Source of the DNA: an uncultured Gammaproteobacteria bacterium
Lineage (GTDB): Bacteria > Patescibacteriota > Microgenomatia > CAZETR01 > Amesbacteraceae
Direction: 5' to 3'
Assembly (NCBI GenBank): GCA_964543035.1
Contig: CAZIVL010000001.1
Span: 367,736 to 431,735 of the forward strand
DNA length: 64,000 bases
Under the pieces are notes generated by a model. It was not told where the DNA came from and ran no database searches. It was given only the letters and a program-made list of their open reading frames with translations. Position numbers and translations under genes: made by a program. Of this stretch, positions 30,379 to 39,523 are shown in pieces. Numbering within the stretch: the stretch's first letter is position 1; the number at the start of each line of letters is the position of its first letter.

Positions 30379-30790
30379 TAGTTCTAGCCCAACGGTGTAC
30401 CGCCGCAAAGGCAAATACTCCCAGAGCCGTTCCCGCAGCCGTCGCTGCCAGCTGCTCTACTTGCACGGGTCTTCCGGAGTGCAATATTGGTTGAAGAACC
30501 CCTTCGGTGATCATTTCGGCACACACATACCCTCCCCACAGCATTCCAAATGAGGCCCGTCTCAGCCAAGTTGGGGCATGTACTCCTGCTTCTCGCTCAG
30601 TAACCCTGATTAACAAATCAATCAAAAAAGGCATGACGGCCGCTTCCCCAAAATGTTCTCCCAAGACCTTCAACCTTCCCAGACCATAAAGATTGGCAAA
30701 ATCCAGAAGTTCCAGTCTCCATTTGGTCAAAGCCGCTCCTGACACAGCCAAGCTTAGCTCAAACAATCTCAGGGCCCGTTCTCTGTCCAT
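30350..30790 (-). CDS. Hypothetical membrane protein
   Basis: 146 aa with hydrophobic helices; TATAAT shortly upstream on the minus strand. Confidence 0.6.
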   Translation of the reverse strand: MDRERALRLFELSLAVSGAALTKWRLELLDFANLYGLGRLKVLGEHFGEAAVMPFLIDLLIRVTEREAGVHAPTWLRRASFGMLWGGYVCAEMITEGVLQPILHSGRPVQVEQLAATAAGTALGVFAFAAVHRWARTTKTLPDPEA

Positions 30791-30853
30791 AGCGCGGGAT
30801 TATACATAAATTCCCATTTGACAAACATAGCTATAAGGACTAAAAAACAAGAT

Positions 30854-31012
30854 ATGAATCTGCCAAATGAGTCCATAGTCTTTTTTTTCATAGCTTTTGG
30901 CATAATCGGAGCCTACTATGGATTATTTGTAGAAGGCAGAAACCTAACCAAGGCTCTTAGAAAAGCAAGAGAACAAGGAGAGCAGATTGGGCCAAGAAAG
31001 ATTGAGAAATAG
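30854..31012 (+). CDS. Small single-TM protein
   Basis: ATG at 30854, one TM and a basic tail; TTGACA at 30818. Confidence 0.5.
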   Translation: MNLPNESIVFFFIAFGIIGAYYGLFVEGRNLTKALRKAREQGEQIGPRKIEK

Positions 31013-31036
31013 GCCCAAGTAGGCTAAAATAAGGCC

Positions 31037-31360
31037 ATGACCAATATTGCAGTTGTAAAAGACACCACTTTCCACGTCGGCGACCTAATCAAGGTCCACT
31101 ACCGAGTCGTCGAAGGGGAAAAAGAGCGTATCCAGATCTTTGAAGGCTTGGTCATTGGTATCCGGGGCCGGGATGTAAACAAGACTATGACAGTGCGCAA
31201 GATCGCAGCCGGCGGCATCGGAGTCGAGCGTATTTACCCTCTGTCCTCTCCTTGGATATCCAAAATTGAAGTAAAAAAGACCGGACATGTCAGACGGGCC
31301 AAGCTCAAGTACGTCAGAAATCAGTCCACCAGACGTGTTGCCAGTATCACCCAGGGATAA
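31037..31360 (+). CDS. rplS: 50S ribosomal protein L19
   Basis: GD.IKVH...EGEKERIQIFEG, GIGVERI.P, VRRAKL.Y. Confidence 0.97.
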   Translation: MTNIAVVKDTTFHVGDLIKVHYRVVEGEKERIQIFEGLVIGIRGRDVNKTMTVRKIAAGGIGVERIYPLSSPWISKIEVKKTGHVRRAKLKYVRNQSTRRVASITQG

Positions 31361-31369
31361 TAATTTTTT

Positions 31370-31407
31370 TGTCATTCTGAGCGGAGCGTAGCGCAGTCGA
31401 AGAATCT
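31370..31407 (+). repeat. REP-like element, half copy
   Basis: TGTCATTCTGAGCGGAGCGTAGCGCAGTCGAAGAATCT. Confidence 0.75.
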
Positions 31408-31423
31408 CTTGTAATATTGGTGG

Positions 31424-33094
31424 GTGTCGAAAAAAACAATTTTTTTGGGTTTAATCCTTGTTGCAGCCTTTTTTCTTCGCTTTTATGATCTCGGCCTCCT
31501 CCCAAACGGTCTGCATTGGGATGAGCAGGATACCGGCTACCAGGCCTTATCTCTTTTCAAAACTGGTCGTGATTACCACGGCGTGCCCTTGCCTCTCTTT
31601 CCTCACTCTTTTGCCGACTACCGCACCCCGGTCTTCATCTACTCAGCCGTCCCAGTCGTCGCCAAACTTGGTCTGACGGCCTTTTCCGTCCGTCTCCCAG
31701 CGCTCATCTGGGGATTAGTCGGAGTGGCAGCTATGTATACACTCGCCACTCTCATACTTAGAAATTCGAAGTTAGGATTTATATCTTCAGGACTTTTAGC
31801 ATTGTCACATTGGCATCTCCAGTATTCTAAAAAAAGCGTGGAGACGATTTCTCTTAGTACCTTGTTTTTGATCGGTCTGGCTTGCTTTTTCAAGGGTCTC
31901 AAAAAGCCGGTTTGGCTCATCTGGTCTGGGTTATTTTTTGGTCTAGCAACTGCAGCCTACAGTCCAGGCAAGCTCTTTGTCCCATTAATACTTTCTACTT
32001 TATTCGTTATACATTTTACAAATCTCAGGTCACACCTAAAACACTCGATTCTTGGAGCCCTAGCATTTTTAGTAATATTCGTCCCCGTATTTGCGGACGG
32101 ATTGTGGGGCAAGTCGGGGACTCGCTTTCATGATGTCTCAGTCTTTACCGATCCCACACTTGGAACTACCGTGGATTTCAAACGGCTTGAGTCAATCCTT
32201 TCCTCAGGCATACCCAGAACAGTAGGCTTGTCTCCCAGATTGATTGACAAAATACTTATAAACAAGCCCGAAGAAGCAGTATCAAAGATTGTGACCAATT
32301 ATTTCACGACCTTAGGCAGCGAGTATTTATTTATAAAAGGGGATTCAGAGCCCCGTCATTCTCCGAGCCAAGATAGGATTGGCATGCTCCAGGCCATCGA
32401 GCTCATCCCCTTTATCCTGGGTCTCGTAGTCCTACTCACAACCCACAACCTACAACTAAAAACTATATTATTTTGGCTTCTCCTCGCCCCTCTCCCGTCT
32501 GCTCTTACTCGTGACGGGGGCGGCCATGCGGCCCGGACTTTTATTCTCCTTCCCGCCCTTATTTTGATTCTCACCCTCGGCCATAAGTTTTTATATCAAA
32601 AATCCAAAATACTTTATACGTTATACCTAATACTTTATACAGTTAGCACTTTCTACATCTATGGCTATTACTTTACAGTCTACCGGACCGAGTCGGCCAA
32701 ACCTTTTCAGTATGGGTTCGACTGGGTCATTTCCAAAGCGGTAGCCGGGTCAGCCAGTTATGACAAAGTGTATGTAGACGGCAACCGTGACACACTCCTC
32801 ATGTCGTACCTGTTTTATCACCAACAAGATCCCGCCGCGTTCCAAAAAACCCTGCCTCTTCAGGATGAAGAAATTTTTCCCGGAGTAAGAGCCCTGAGAT
32901 TTGGAAATATTTATTTGCTAGCCCCAGGTAGTAGGCACTGGACCGATATTACCAACAGTCAGACCTACACTGGTCGCAATCTCATCATCTCAGCGGCTGA
33001 CCAGCCACTTCTGACCGACCAGATCAAGACTAAGCTTGATACCCTCATCTACCCGGACACCATGACCCCGGCCTACTACGTCTTTACAAAATAA
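31424..33094 (+). CDS. ArnT/PMT-like glycosyltransferase (GT39/83)
   Basis: LRFYDLG..P.GLHWDE..GY, FSVRLP, multi-TM. Confidence 0.85.
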   Translation: MSKKTIFLGLILVAAFFLRFYDLGLLPNGLHWDEQDTGYQALSLFKTGRDYHGVPLPLFPHSFADYRTPVFIYSAVPVVAKLGLTAFSVRLPALIWGLVGVAAMYTLATLILRNSKLGFISSGLLALSHWHLQYSKKSVETISLSTLFLIGLACFFKGLKKPVWLIWSGLFFGLATAAYSPGKLFVPLILSTLFVIHFTNLRSHLKHSILGALAFLVIFVPVFADGLWGKSGTRFHDVSVFTDPTLGTTVDFKRLESILSSGIPRTVGLSPRLIDKILINKPEEAVSKIVTNYFTTLGSEYLFIKGDSEPRHSPSQDRIGMLQAIELIPFILGLVVLLTTHNLQLKTILFWLLLAPLPSALTRDGGGHAARTFILLPALILILTLGHKFLYQKSKILYTLYLILYTVSTFYIYGYYFTVYRTESAKPFQYGFDWVISKAVAGSASYDKVYVDGNRDTLLMSYLFYHQQDPAAFQKTLPLQDEEIFPGVRALRFGNIYLLAPGSRHWTDITNSQTYTGRNLIISAADQPLLTDQIKTKLDTLIYPDTMTPAYYVFTK

Positions 33095-33126
33095 AGACTC
33101 TTTGATACACTATAGGTCATAAGAAT

Positions 33127-33417
33127 ATGTTTGAAGCATTAAAAAATCGAATTTTCGGTACACCCCCTTTAACTCGAGATGAGGATGCCGATTTCTATAA
33201 AGAGTTAGGGGCTACCGTAACTTTAGTAAGGGAAGGCAAGGATGCTGCAGCTTCTAGGAATGTAGGTCAAGTAGAATGGGGTGGGTCTGTTGCGGTGGTT
33301 CCAGCTGAAAAAGTCCAAACATTCAAAACTGCAGTCTGGCAAGAACTTAATTTAAAAACCAAAAGAGAAGTAGCAGATGAGCAAGAAAAGGCAAGAAGAC
33401 AGTTCGAGACATTGTAA
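33127..33417 (+). CDS. Hypothetical protein
   Basis: 96 aa ORF filling the intergenic space. Confidence 0.6.
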   Translation: MFEALKNRIFGTPPLTRDEDADFYKELGATVTLVREGKDAAASRNVGQVEWGGSVAVVPAEKVQTFKTAVWQELNLKTKREVADEQEKARRQFETL

Positions 33418-33418
33418 T

Positions 33419-35167
33419 CTACTCCGCCAGGAATCCATTCTGCTGCATCTCCCACAATCTTTTGTACAACCCTCCAGATTGTTTTATCAGCGTCCTGTGA
33501 GTCCCAGACTCAGCGATCGTTCCCCTGCGTAAGACTATTATGCGATCAGTCCGCATCACAGTAGACAGCCTGTGGGCAATCACGATACTAGTTCTGGGAT
33601 TTGTCGGATCTTTGGCCAAGTTCCAAAAAGCGTCCTGGATAGCCCCTTCCGACTCCGAGTCCAGAGAGCTGGTGGCCTCGTCAAATATGATTATCTTGGC
33701 TTTTTCGAGTAAGACCCTGGCAATGGCCAGTCTTTGCCTCTGTCCACCAGACAGCTTTATCCCTCTTTCTCCCACTTTGGTCTCCAGTCCCTCAGGCAGC
33801 GATTTTACAAACTTTTCCAGCATGGAAGCCCTCAGCGCTTCCCACACCTCTACTTCTGAAGCCTCCGGTTTGCCATACTTTATGTTGTAGCCAATGGTGT
33901 TATTAAACATGATGGGGTCTTGGGGGACGATCCCGATCAAGCTTCTCAGATAGCTTTTTTTCATATCTTTTACATTTATGCCATCTATCCGGATTTCTCC
34001 CTGAGTCGTGTCATACATGCGCATCAGCAGTTTCACAAGCGTCGTCTTTCCCGATCCCGATAGTCCGACCAGAGCCACCGATTCTCCAGGTCTGATAGAG
34101 AGACTCAGATTGCGAAATACCCGGGCTCTTGAGTGGTAAGAAAAAGACACATCATCTATTACTATCTCGCCTTTCAGATTTTCTATAGTTCGAGGAGTGG
34201 CCGGGTCCGCCACTGTGGATTTTTCCTCAAATATTTTAAACAGGTCTTGCAGATCGGTATATCTTTTTGCGATTGATCTGACATTCATTAGAACTGCAAT
34301 TAGCCTAGGAAAGACTGTTACAGAAAAACTGGCAATGAGGACAAAACTGGGCAAGTCTATTCGCCCGGCGGACAGGTCCCAGACAGCAACGAGTATAGTG
34401 CTAGCAATCGCGATATTTGCGTAGTTGCCGACTGTTAGATCAAAGAGTCTAAAGGTATTAAAATATTCTTGAGCCGATGTATCCCAAGCCCTCAGAGCCG
34501 CCAAAAAACGATTTTGCTCAAATTCTTCTTTGGCAAAATATTTGACAGTGTCAAAGTTTATAAAATTATCTATTCGCATGCCCGCGATTCGGTCGTCCCA
34601 TTGCGTCAGTCCCTTTCTTTTTATCATGTTGTACTTTATTAAAGGTCGCATCGTAACAGCAGAGACTATCAAGACTAGTAGTGTGATGGCCACATATTTT
34701 GGATCAGTTCCCCAAAAGGCATAGAGGAGAAATCCAAATCCGATCAATGTTCCAAACAGCTCTCGATTTATGATCTCAGTCAGATTAAACATCGCGTCTT
34801 CACCTCTTTTTGTCAGAGATATCAGACGCCCAGAGCTTTTTTCTGCGTGATAAGAAAAATCGAGTTCATGGATTTTTTTCAGTGCGTCCAGATTTACATC
34901 CACCAGAGTCCTCATAGCCGACCTGTCTCCTAGCATCTGCGAGATAATATGAAAAAAAGTCCCAAACAGAAGCACCGTTCCCATCCACAGAGCCAGCTTT
35001 ACGGCGCTGTCATAGTCATGACTGTTTACAGCCTGGACGATCCACTTTACAAAAAAGTTCTGCATGTTTTCGGCCGACCGAGCCAGTACCAAGGTGACCA
35101 TCCCGCTCAAAAACAAAGCCGGGTGGCGAAGTAAATAGCCGTAAAACGTTCCAAAGGTTTTTCTCAT
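33419..35167 (-). CDS. ABC transporter, fused permease/ATPase
   Basis: TM domain plus GLSGSGKT, LSGGQRQR, IIIFDEATSSLD. Confidence 0.95.
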   Translation of the reverse strand: MRKTFGTFYGYLLRHPALFLSGMVTLVLARSAENMQNFFVKWIVQAVNSHDYDSAVKLALWMGTVLLFGTFFHIISQMLGDRSAMRTLVDVNLDALKKIHELDFSYHAEKSSGRLISLTKRGEDAMFNLTEIINRELFGTLIGFGFLLYAFWGTDPKYVAITLLVLIVSAVTMRPLIKYNMIKRKGLTQWDDRIAGMRIDNFINFDTVKYFAKEEFEQNRFLAALRAWDTSAQEYFNTFRLFDLTVGNYANIAIASTILVAVWDLSAGRIDLPSFVLIASFSVTVFPRLIAVLMNVRSIAKRYTDLQDLFKIFEEKSTVADPATPRTIENLKGEIVIDDVSFSYHSRARVFRNLSLSIRPGESVALVGLSGSGKTTLVKLLMRMYDTTQGEIRIDGINVKDMKKSYLRSLIGIVPQDPIMFNNTIGYNIKYGKPEASEVEVWEALRASMLEKFVKSLPEGLETKVGERGIKLSGGQRQRLAIARVLLEKAKIIIFDEATSSLDSESEGAIQDAFWNLAKDPTNPRTSIVIAHRLSTVMRTDRIIVLRRGTIAESGTHRTLIKQSGGLYKRLWEMQQNGFLAE

Positions 35168-35199
35168 TACATTATTATTGCACTCAATCCGAAAAAAAC

Positions 35200-35484
35200 T
35201 CAAACCCCTTCTATATTGCTATGCAGCCCACACACAAATCCTGGAACTTCGACAAGTGTGCTGCCAAATCCCAAAAAACCGCCGCGTTCGACTTTGACCT
35301 TAGCTGCGATGGGTCCGGGACAATCAACACTTGCCTCAGTTGCCGCTGCTAGATTTTGAGCTTCTTGATACATTTGCGTTAGACCGACTCCACTAAGTCC
35401 AAAAGTGTCAGAAATCCAAGGTGTAACCGGTTGTTGTCTCAATATCTTGATCCAAGGACAATGCTCACTGCAAAGTGGTGCCAT
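35200..35484 (-). CDS. Small Cys-containing hypothetical protein
   Basis: CxxxC...C...C; own promoter TTGACA-17-TAGAGT-6nt-ATG on the minus strand. Confidence 0.65.
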   Translation of the reverse strand: MAPLCSEHCPWIKILRQQPVTPWISDTFGLSGVGLTQMYQEAQNLAAATEASVDCPGPIAAKVKVERGGFLGFGSTLVEVPGFVCGLHSNIEGV

Positions 35485-35546
35485 TTCCAGACTCTAGACC
35501 TAGCACAAATGTTTGTCAACAGATTTCAAAAACTCTATATATCTTT

Positions 35547-35697
35547 GTGGGGCGGCGGGGGATCGCTCGCGAAGCGCAAGCCGCAGGCTTGAGCCTGGAA
35601 AATCACCTGGTCAAATAAATTTGACACATCTTCGATGGAAAAGGGTGCTGCTCTTAGATGAGCGTAGCGAGTCGCATCAAACTATACCAAGCTGAGC
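35547..35697 (-). other. Degenerate tRNA-Lys duplicate with three hairpin insertions
   Basis: Colinear with tRNA-Lys 35709-35781 apart from ~28-31 nt inserts in the T, anticodon and D loops. Confidence 0.85.
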
Positions 35698-35708
35698 GGA
35701 TTTTTTAG

Positions 35709-35781
35709 TGGGGCGGCCGGGGATCGAACCCGGGACAATCACCTTAAAAGGGTGCTGCTCTACCGGCTGAGCTACCGCCCC
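35709..35781 (-). tRNA. tRNA-Lys(TTT)
   Basis: Reverse strand GGGGCGG TAGCTCAG...CACC CTTTTAA GGTG...GGGTTCGATCCC...CCGCCCC A. Confidence 0.95.
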
Positions 35782-35822
35782 AAGATTTTCTGAAACACCC
35801 AAATTTTACTACAATTGACTGA

Positions 35823-38132
35823 TTAACCCAACCCGAGTGGTCTTTTGCCAGACAGAAGCTTCCTGGCTTCCAGTATAACCACAAACAATCCCGCAGTTCC
35901 AAAACAGTACAAAAATGCAAAATTTGGTAGGGGAGTGATGTAGCCGGCGATCAAGGGGTGAATGACAAATGGGATGAGTGCCGCTGCTAGAAACGCCAGG
36001 TTTCCAAACATTTTCCAGGAGGAAAACACAGACCTGTGATTTATCCAGCAGTCAGTAAATATGACAAATTGCAGCAATATCATAGATGTAAACAGCACTC
36101 CGGAAGCCAGCCTACTTTCGAGTCCAAACGCCCAGGTGGAAGCAAAAGCCAGAAGAGACATTAGTAGTCCCACTGCTATCATGTACTTGGCCTCAGATCT
36201 ACCCAAGAACTGCTCTACGTTTCTGGGCAGTCCATACATGAGTCCCTGCACTTTGTCCGCAAATGCAAATGCTAGAGCCGGCAGACCATCCGTGACCAAG
36301 TTGATGTACAAGATCATAAACGGTGTCAGCATGGGTAGATCAAATAGAGCGGCGACAGTAATGTAGGCTACCTCACCCAGGTTGCAAGCCAGCAAAAACT
36401 TGATCGCTCCCACCAGGTTTGCAAATATATTTCTACCTTCTTCAATAGCATTGACCAGGGTCGCAAAATTGTCATCAGTTAGTATCATGTCCGCAGTCTG
36501 GCGGGCCACATCTGTCCCCAGCCTGCCCATAGCCACTCCCACGTCTGCTTGCTTGAGAGCCAGGACATCATTTACTCCGTCTCCTGTGACTGCCACCACT
36601 TCACCCATCTGTTGGTACAGTTTTACCAGTCTATATTTTTGTTCTGGCTCCGTCCTGGCAAATATTCGCACGCGGGGAAGTATGGCCAGCAGTTCCTCGT
36701 CCGAATAATCGTTCAGTTGAGCGCCCGTCAGGATATCCTCACCTTCGTGGATTATCCCCACTTCCCGGCCTATGGCCTCAGCCGTCAGCACATTGTCCCC
36801 TGTCACCATGACTGTTTTTATCCCAGCATGTTTGGTGGCCGCAATCGCGCCTTTTACTTCAGGTCTTACCGGGTCCGCAATCCCCACAAATCCCAAAAAT
36901 CGCAGCTTTCCGCTACCTTTTTTAGCAGCAAATGCGATCATCCGGTACCCCTGCTTGGCAAATTCCGAAAATTCTCTTTGGATCTTTTCTTTTTGGGTGA
37001 CAGTTTCCGATTTACACATGAAGAGGATCGACTCCGGCGATCCTTTCAGAAACACATATTTTTCAGATCCCTTGTGGACAGTCACTTCCATGGTCTTGGT
37101 CTTGGAGTCAAATGGTTTTACAGCCAATGTCTTCCATTCATCTCTGGTCTCAGATATGTTCCACCCCAGGTCCGCAGCCCAGTACAGAAGAGACCCTTCT
37201 GTGGGATCGCCAATGACATCAAATGTCCCGTGATCCACCTTGGTCACGACTGAAGCTGTCGAGCACAGTATTCCATTTAGAGCCATCAAGGACTCATCTT
37301 TTTTGGCCACACTCCAGACCTTTTTGACCCGCATATTATTGGTCGTCAGAGTCCCGGTCTTGTCAGTGGCAATGAGAGTCACAGCCCCCAGAGTCTCAAT
37401 AGCCGGCATTCTTCGCACGATGGCTTTCTTTCGAGCTAGTCTCTCCACACCCATGGCCAGAGTGATCGTCATAACCGAGGGCAAGCCCTCAGGGACTGCA
37501 GCTACAGCCAAAGACACAGCCAAGAGCAGTCCGTGTGGCAAAGGCTCTCCTTTCCAAAGAGTTATTGCCAGTATCGACACAGCCGCCAGCATTCCCAGTA
37601 AGCCCACTTGTCCGGTCAGTTTTGAGAGTTTTATTTGTAGGGGAGTCAGAGGATCTTTTATCTCGCCCAGTTTTTTGGCTATTCGGCCAAACTTTGTTTG
37701 GTCCCCTAGGCGAAGGACGGTCGCATACACTTGCCCTTTTGCCACGACTGTTCCCATGTATATTTCGTCATCATTTTTTTTGGCGACGGCCATGGACTCA
37801 CCTGTCAGGACTGACTCATCGAGTTCCAGGTTTGTGGATCCAGTCACCACGCAGTCAGCCGGCACCCGTCCTCCTTCTTCCAAAAATATCTTGTCACCGA
37901 TCGTAAGTTGTCTGCTATCTATCTCAGATTCCACCCCATCTCTGATCACCCTGACCATAAAGACCGACATTTTTCGCAGAGTAGCTAGAGCTTTTTCGGA
38001 CTTATATCCTTGATAAAAAGTGATGGCCGTATTCAGCATCACGATCCCGACTATCGCAATCGCATCAAACTGATCCCCAATCAGATAGCTGACAACCGCC
38101 GCCACCACCAGTAACCAGTTCAGTTTTCCCAT
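35823..38132 (-). CDS. P-type cation-transporting ATPase (type II-like), N-terminally short
   Basis: TGES, PEGL, DKTGTLT, TGDN, GDGVND. Confidence 0.92.
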   Translation of the reverse strand: MGKLNWLLVVAAVVSYLIGDQFDAIAIVGIVMLNTAITFYQGYKSEKALATLRKMSVFMVRVIRDGVESEIDSRQLTIGDKIFLEEGGRVPADCVVTGSTNLELDESVLTGESMAVAKKNDDEIYMGTVVAKGQVYATVLRLGDQTKFGRIAKKLGEIKDPLTPLQIKLSKLTGQVGLLGMLAAVSILAITLWKGEPLPHGLLLAVSLAVAAVPEGLPSVMTITLAMGVERLARKKAIVRRMPAIETLGAVTLIATDKTGTLTTNNMRVKKVWSVAKKDESLMALNGILCSTASVVTKVDHGTFDVIGDPTEGSLLYWAADLGWNISETRDEWKTLAVKPFDSKTKTMEVTVHKGSEKYVFLKGSPESILFMCKSETVTQKEKIQREFSEFAKQGYRMIAFAAKKGSGKLRFLGFVGIADPVRPEVKGAIAATKHAGIKTVMVTGDNVLTAEAIGREVGIIHEGEDILTGAQLNDYSDEELLAILPRVRIFARTEPEQKYRLVKLYQQMGEVVAVTGDGVNDVLALKQADVGVAMGRLGTDVARQTADMILTDDNFATLVNAIEEGRNIFANLVGAIKFLLACNLGEVAYITVAALFDLPMLTPFMILYINLVTDGLPALAFAFADKVQGLMYGLPRNVEQFLGRSEAKYMIAVGLLMSLLAFASTWAFGLESRLASGVLFTSMILLQFVIFTDCWINHRSVFSSWKMFGNLAFLAAALIPFVIHPLIAGYITPLPNFAFLYCFGTAGLFVVILEARKLLSGKRPLGLG

Positions 38133-39496
38133 CTATTTATCCTACCACTGCTGACCACCTTAATTTTTTTCATATTCTTGGGTTCGCGGATAAATCTTTT
38201 CAAGATCTTGTATGTATCCACATCAAATCGCCCAGAATTTTCTATCCACGCCTCTTCCCGGGCCTGGCCCAAGTAGCACCATTTATCAAACACATGCGCC
38301 TCATTATTTTCGTTTATGACGATCGGTCCACCAAACGGCCAATTGGCAATCTTATTTTCAGCGACCGCCATATCAAATCTTAAGTTGTAAAGTATGGGGT
38401 CCTCCTCACCAAGACATGCAGTGCACCGACCCAAATCAGCCTCAAAGCATGTCTTTCGCATCTTCTCGAGGCCAAGGAGCTTTGCGCACAGTCTTTGCTC
38501 CTTACACTTTTGTCTCATCCAGTCGGTGGCTTGACTGCGCGTCTTAAATACACCTACCGTTTTTTCATCCGGTCCCTCGCCTTCAGCAATCCTCATGGTT
38601 TTAAAGCCATTCTTGATTTCCAGTTCTACGAATACCAATTGATAGCTTTGCCTTAACATGCGGTTATGCAGAGGCTGAAGTTTTTTGATAAGCGACGCTT
38701 CTCTCAAAAAAGCTCCCAACTCTCCACTACACACTTCAGTCTCAATACTTGCCACCTCCGAAGACAGTCTCATCTCACGGGCATCGCGAAGCGAGGCAGA
38801 TAGATGAGATAGCACTCGGTCTTTGATATTTATACTTTTGCCCACATACAAAGGCATGCCACTTTCGCCGTAAAATATATAGACACCAGGTTCTGGTGGC
38901 AGTCTGTCTATATCTGATTGGGCTATTTTTTCTGGTGTAGATGGATGCAAAAGTAGGTCCCCCACGGTTTTTTCAAACAGGGTTGCACCCTTTTGTTTCT
39001 TGGCCTTTTTAAAAAAATTCCATATAGCCACTGCGTCGTCCAGAGCTCGATGTCTATTTTTTACCGTCAGGCCAAACCGGGCTGCCACCTCATCCAGATT
39101 ATGTCTATGGTATTCCGGATAGAGATGCCTAGAGAGTCTCACCGTACACAGCTGTCTGACTGTCAGTTTCTTTTGCAGCCTCCCAAACTCAGCTTTTACA
39201 AATCCATAGTCAAATCTGGCATTGTGAGCCACAAATACACAATCAGACATGAGTTCCTCGACCTCGTCTGCTATCTGGCGAAAAGTCGGAGCCCTCTCCA
39301 AGTCGCGTGTGGTGATGCCAGTCATTTGTGATATTTCCGGTGGCAGATATTGGTCTGGGTCCACAAGGCTCTGGTATTTGCTCGTGACTTTATTATTTTC
39401 GACTCGTATTAGTCCGATCTCGATTATCCTGTCCCGGGCACAGTTTCCGCCCGTAGTCTCGACATCAATAAAGGCAAATTTTTCCGGAAGATTCAT
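38120..39496 (-). CDS. DEDDh exonuclease fused to GIY-YIG (Cho/UvrC-like) nuclease
   Basis: DVETTG, HNARFD, HRALDD; then PGVYIF..LYVGKS..IKDRV.SH, E..LIK...P.HN. Confidence 0.9.
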   Translation of the reverse strand: MNLPEKFAFIDVETTGGNCARDRIIEIGLIRVENNKVTSKYQSLVDPDQYLPPEISQMTGITTRDLERAPTFRQIADEVEELMSDCVFVAHNARFDYGFVKAEFGRLQKKLTVRQLCTVRLSRHLYPEYHRHNLDEVAARFGLTVKNRHRALDDAVAIWNFFKKAKKQKGATLFEKTVGDLLLHPSTPEKIAQSDIDRLPPEPGVYIFYGESGMPLYVGKSINIKDRVLSHLSASLRDAREMRLSSEVASIETEVCSGELGAFLREASLIKKLQPLHNRMLRQSYQLVFVELEIKNGFKTMRIAEGEGPDEKTVGVFKTRSQATDWMRQKCKEQRLCAKLLGLEKMRKTCFEADLGRCTACLGEEDPILYNLRFDMAVAENKIANWPFGGPIVINENNEAHVFDKWCYLGQAREEAWIENSGRFDVDTYKILKRFIREPKNMKKIKVVSSGRINRWEN

Positions 39497-39523
39497 ATAT
39501 TATTCGGATGATATCATGGTAAC

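Noticed and set aside
35513-35695. 60-aa ORF
   Set aside because: Lies across the tRNA-derived copy and a neighbouring promoter; the sequence is better explained by nucleic-acid structure.
35547-35697. Functional intron-containing tRNA-Lys
   Set aside because: No 5' acceptor strand, the T stem is mismatched and the TT of the T loop is lost, so removing the inserts does not rebuild a tRNA.
36061-38013. Long plus-strand ORFs of up to 257 aa
   Set aside because: Antisense to the P-type ATPase with no motifs; the same applies to the shadow ORFs over clpB, dnaE, ppsA and uvrB.
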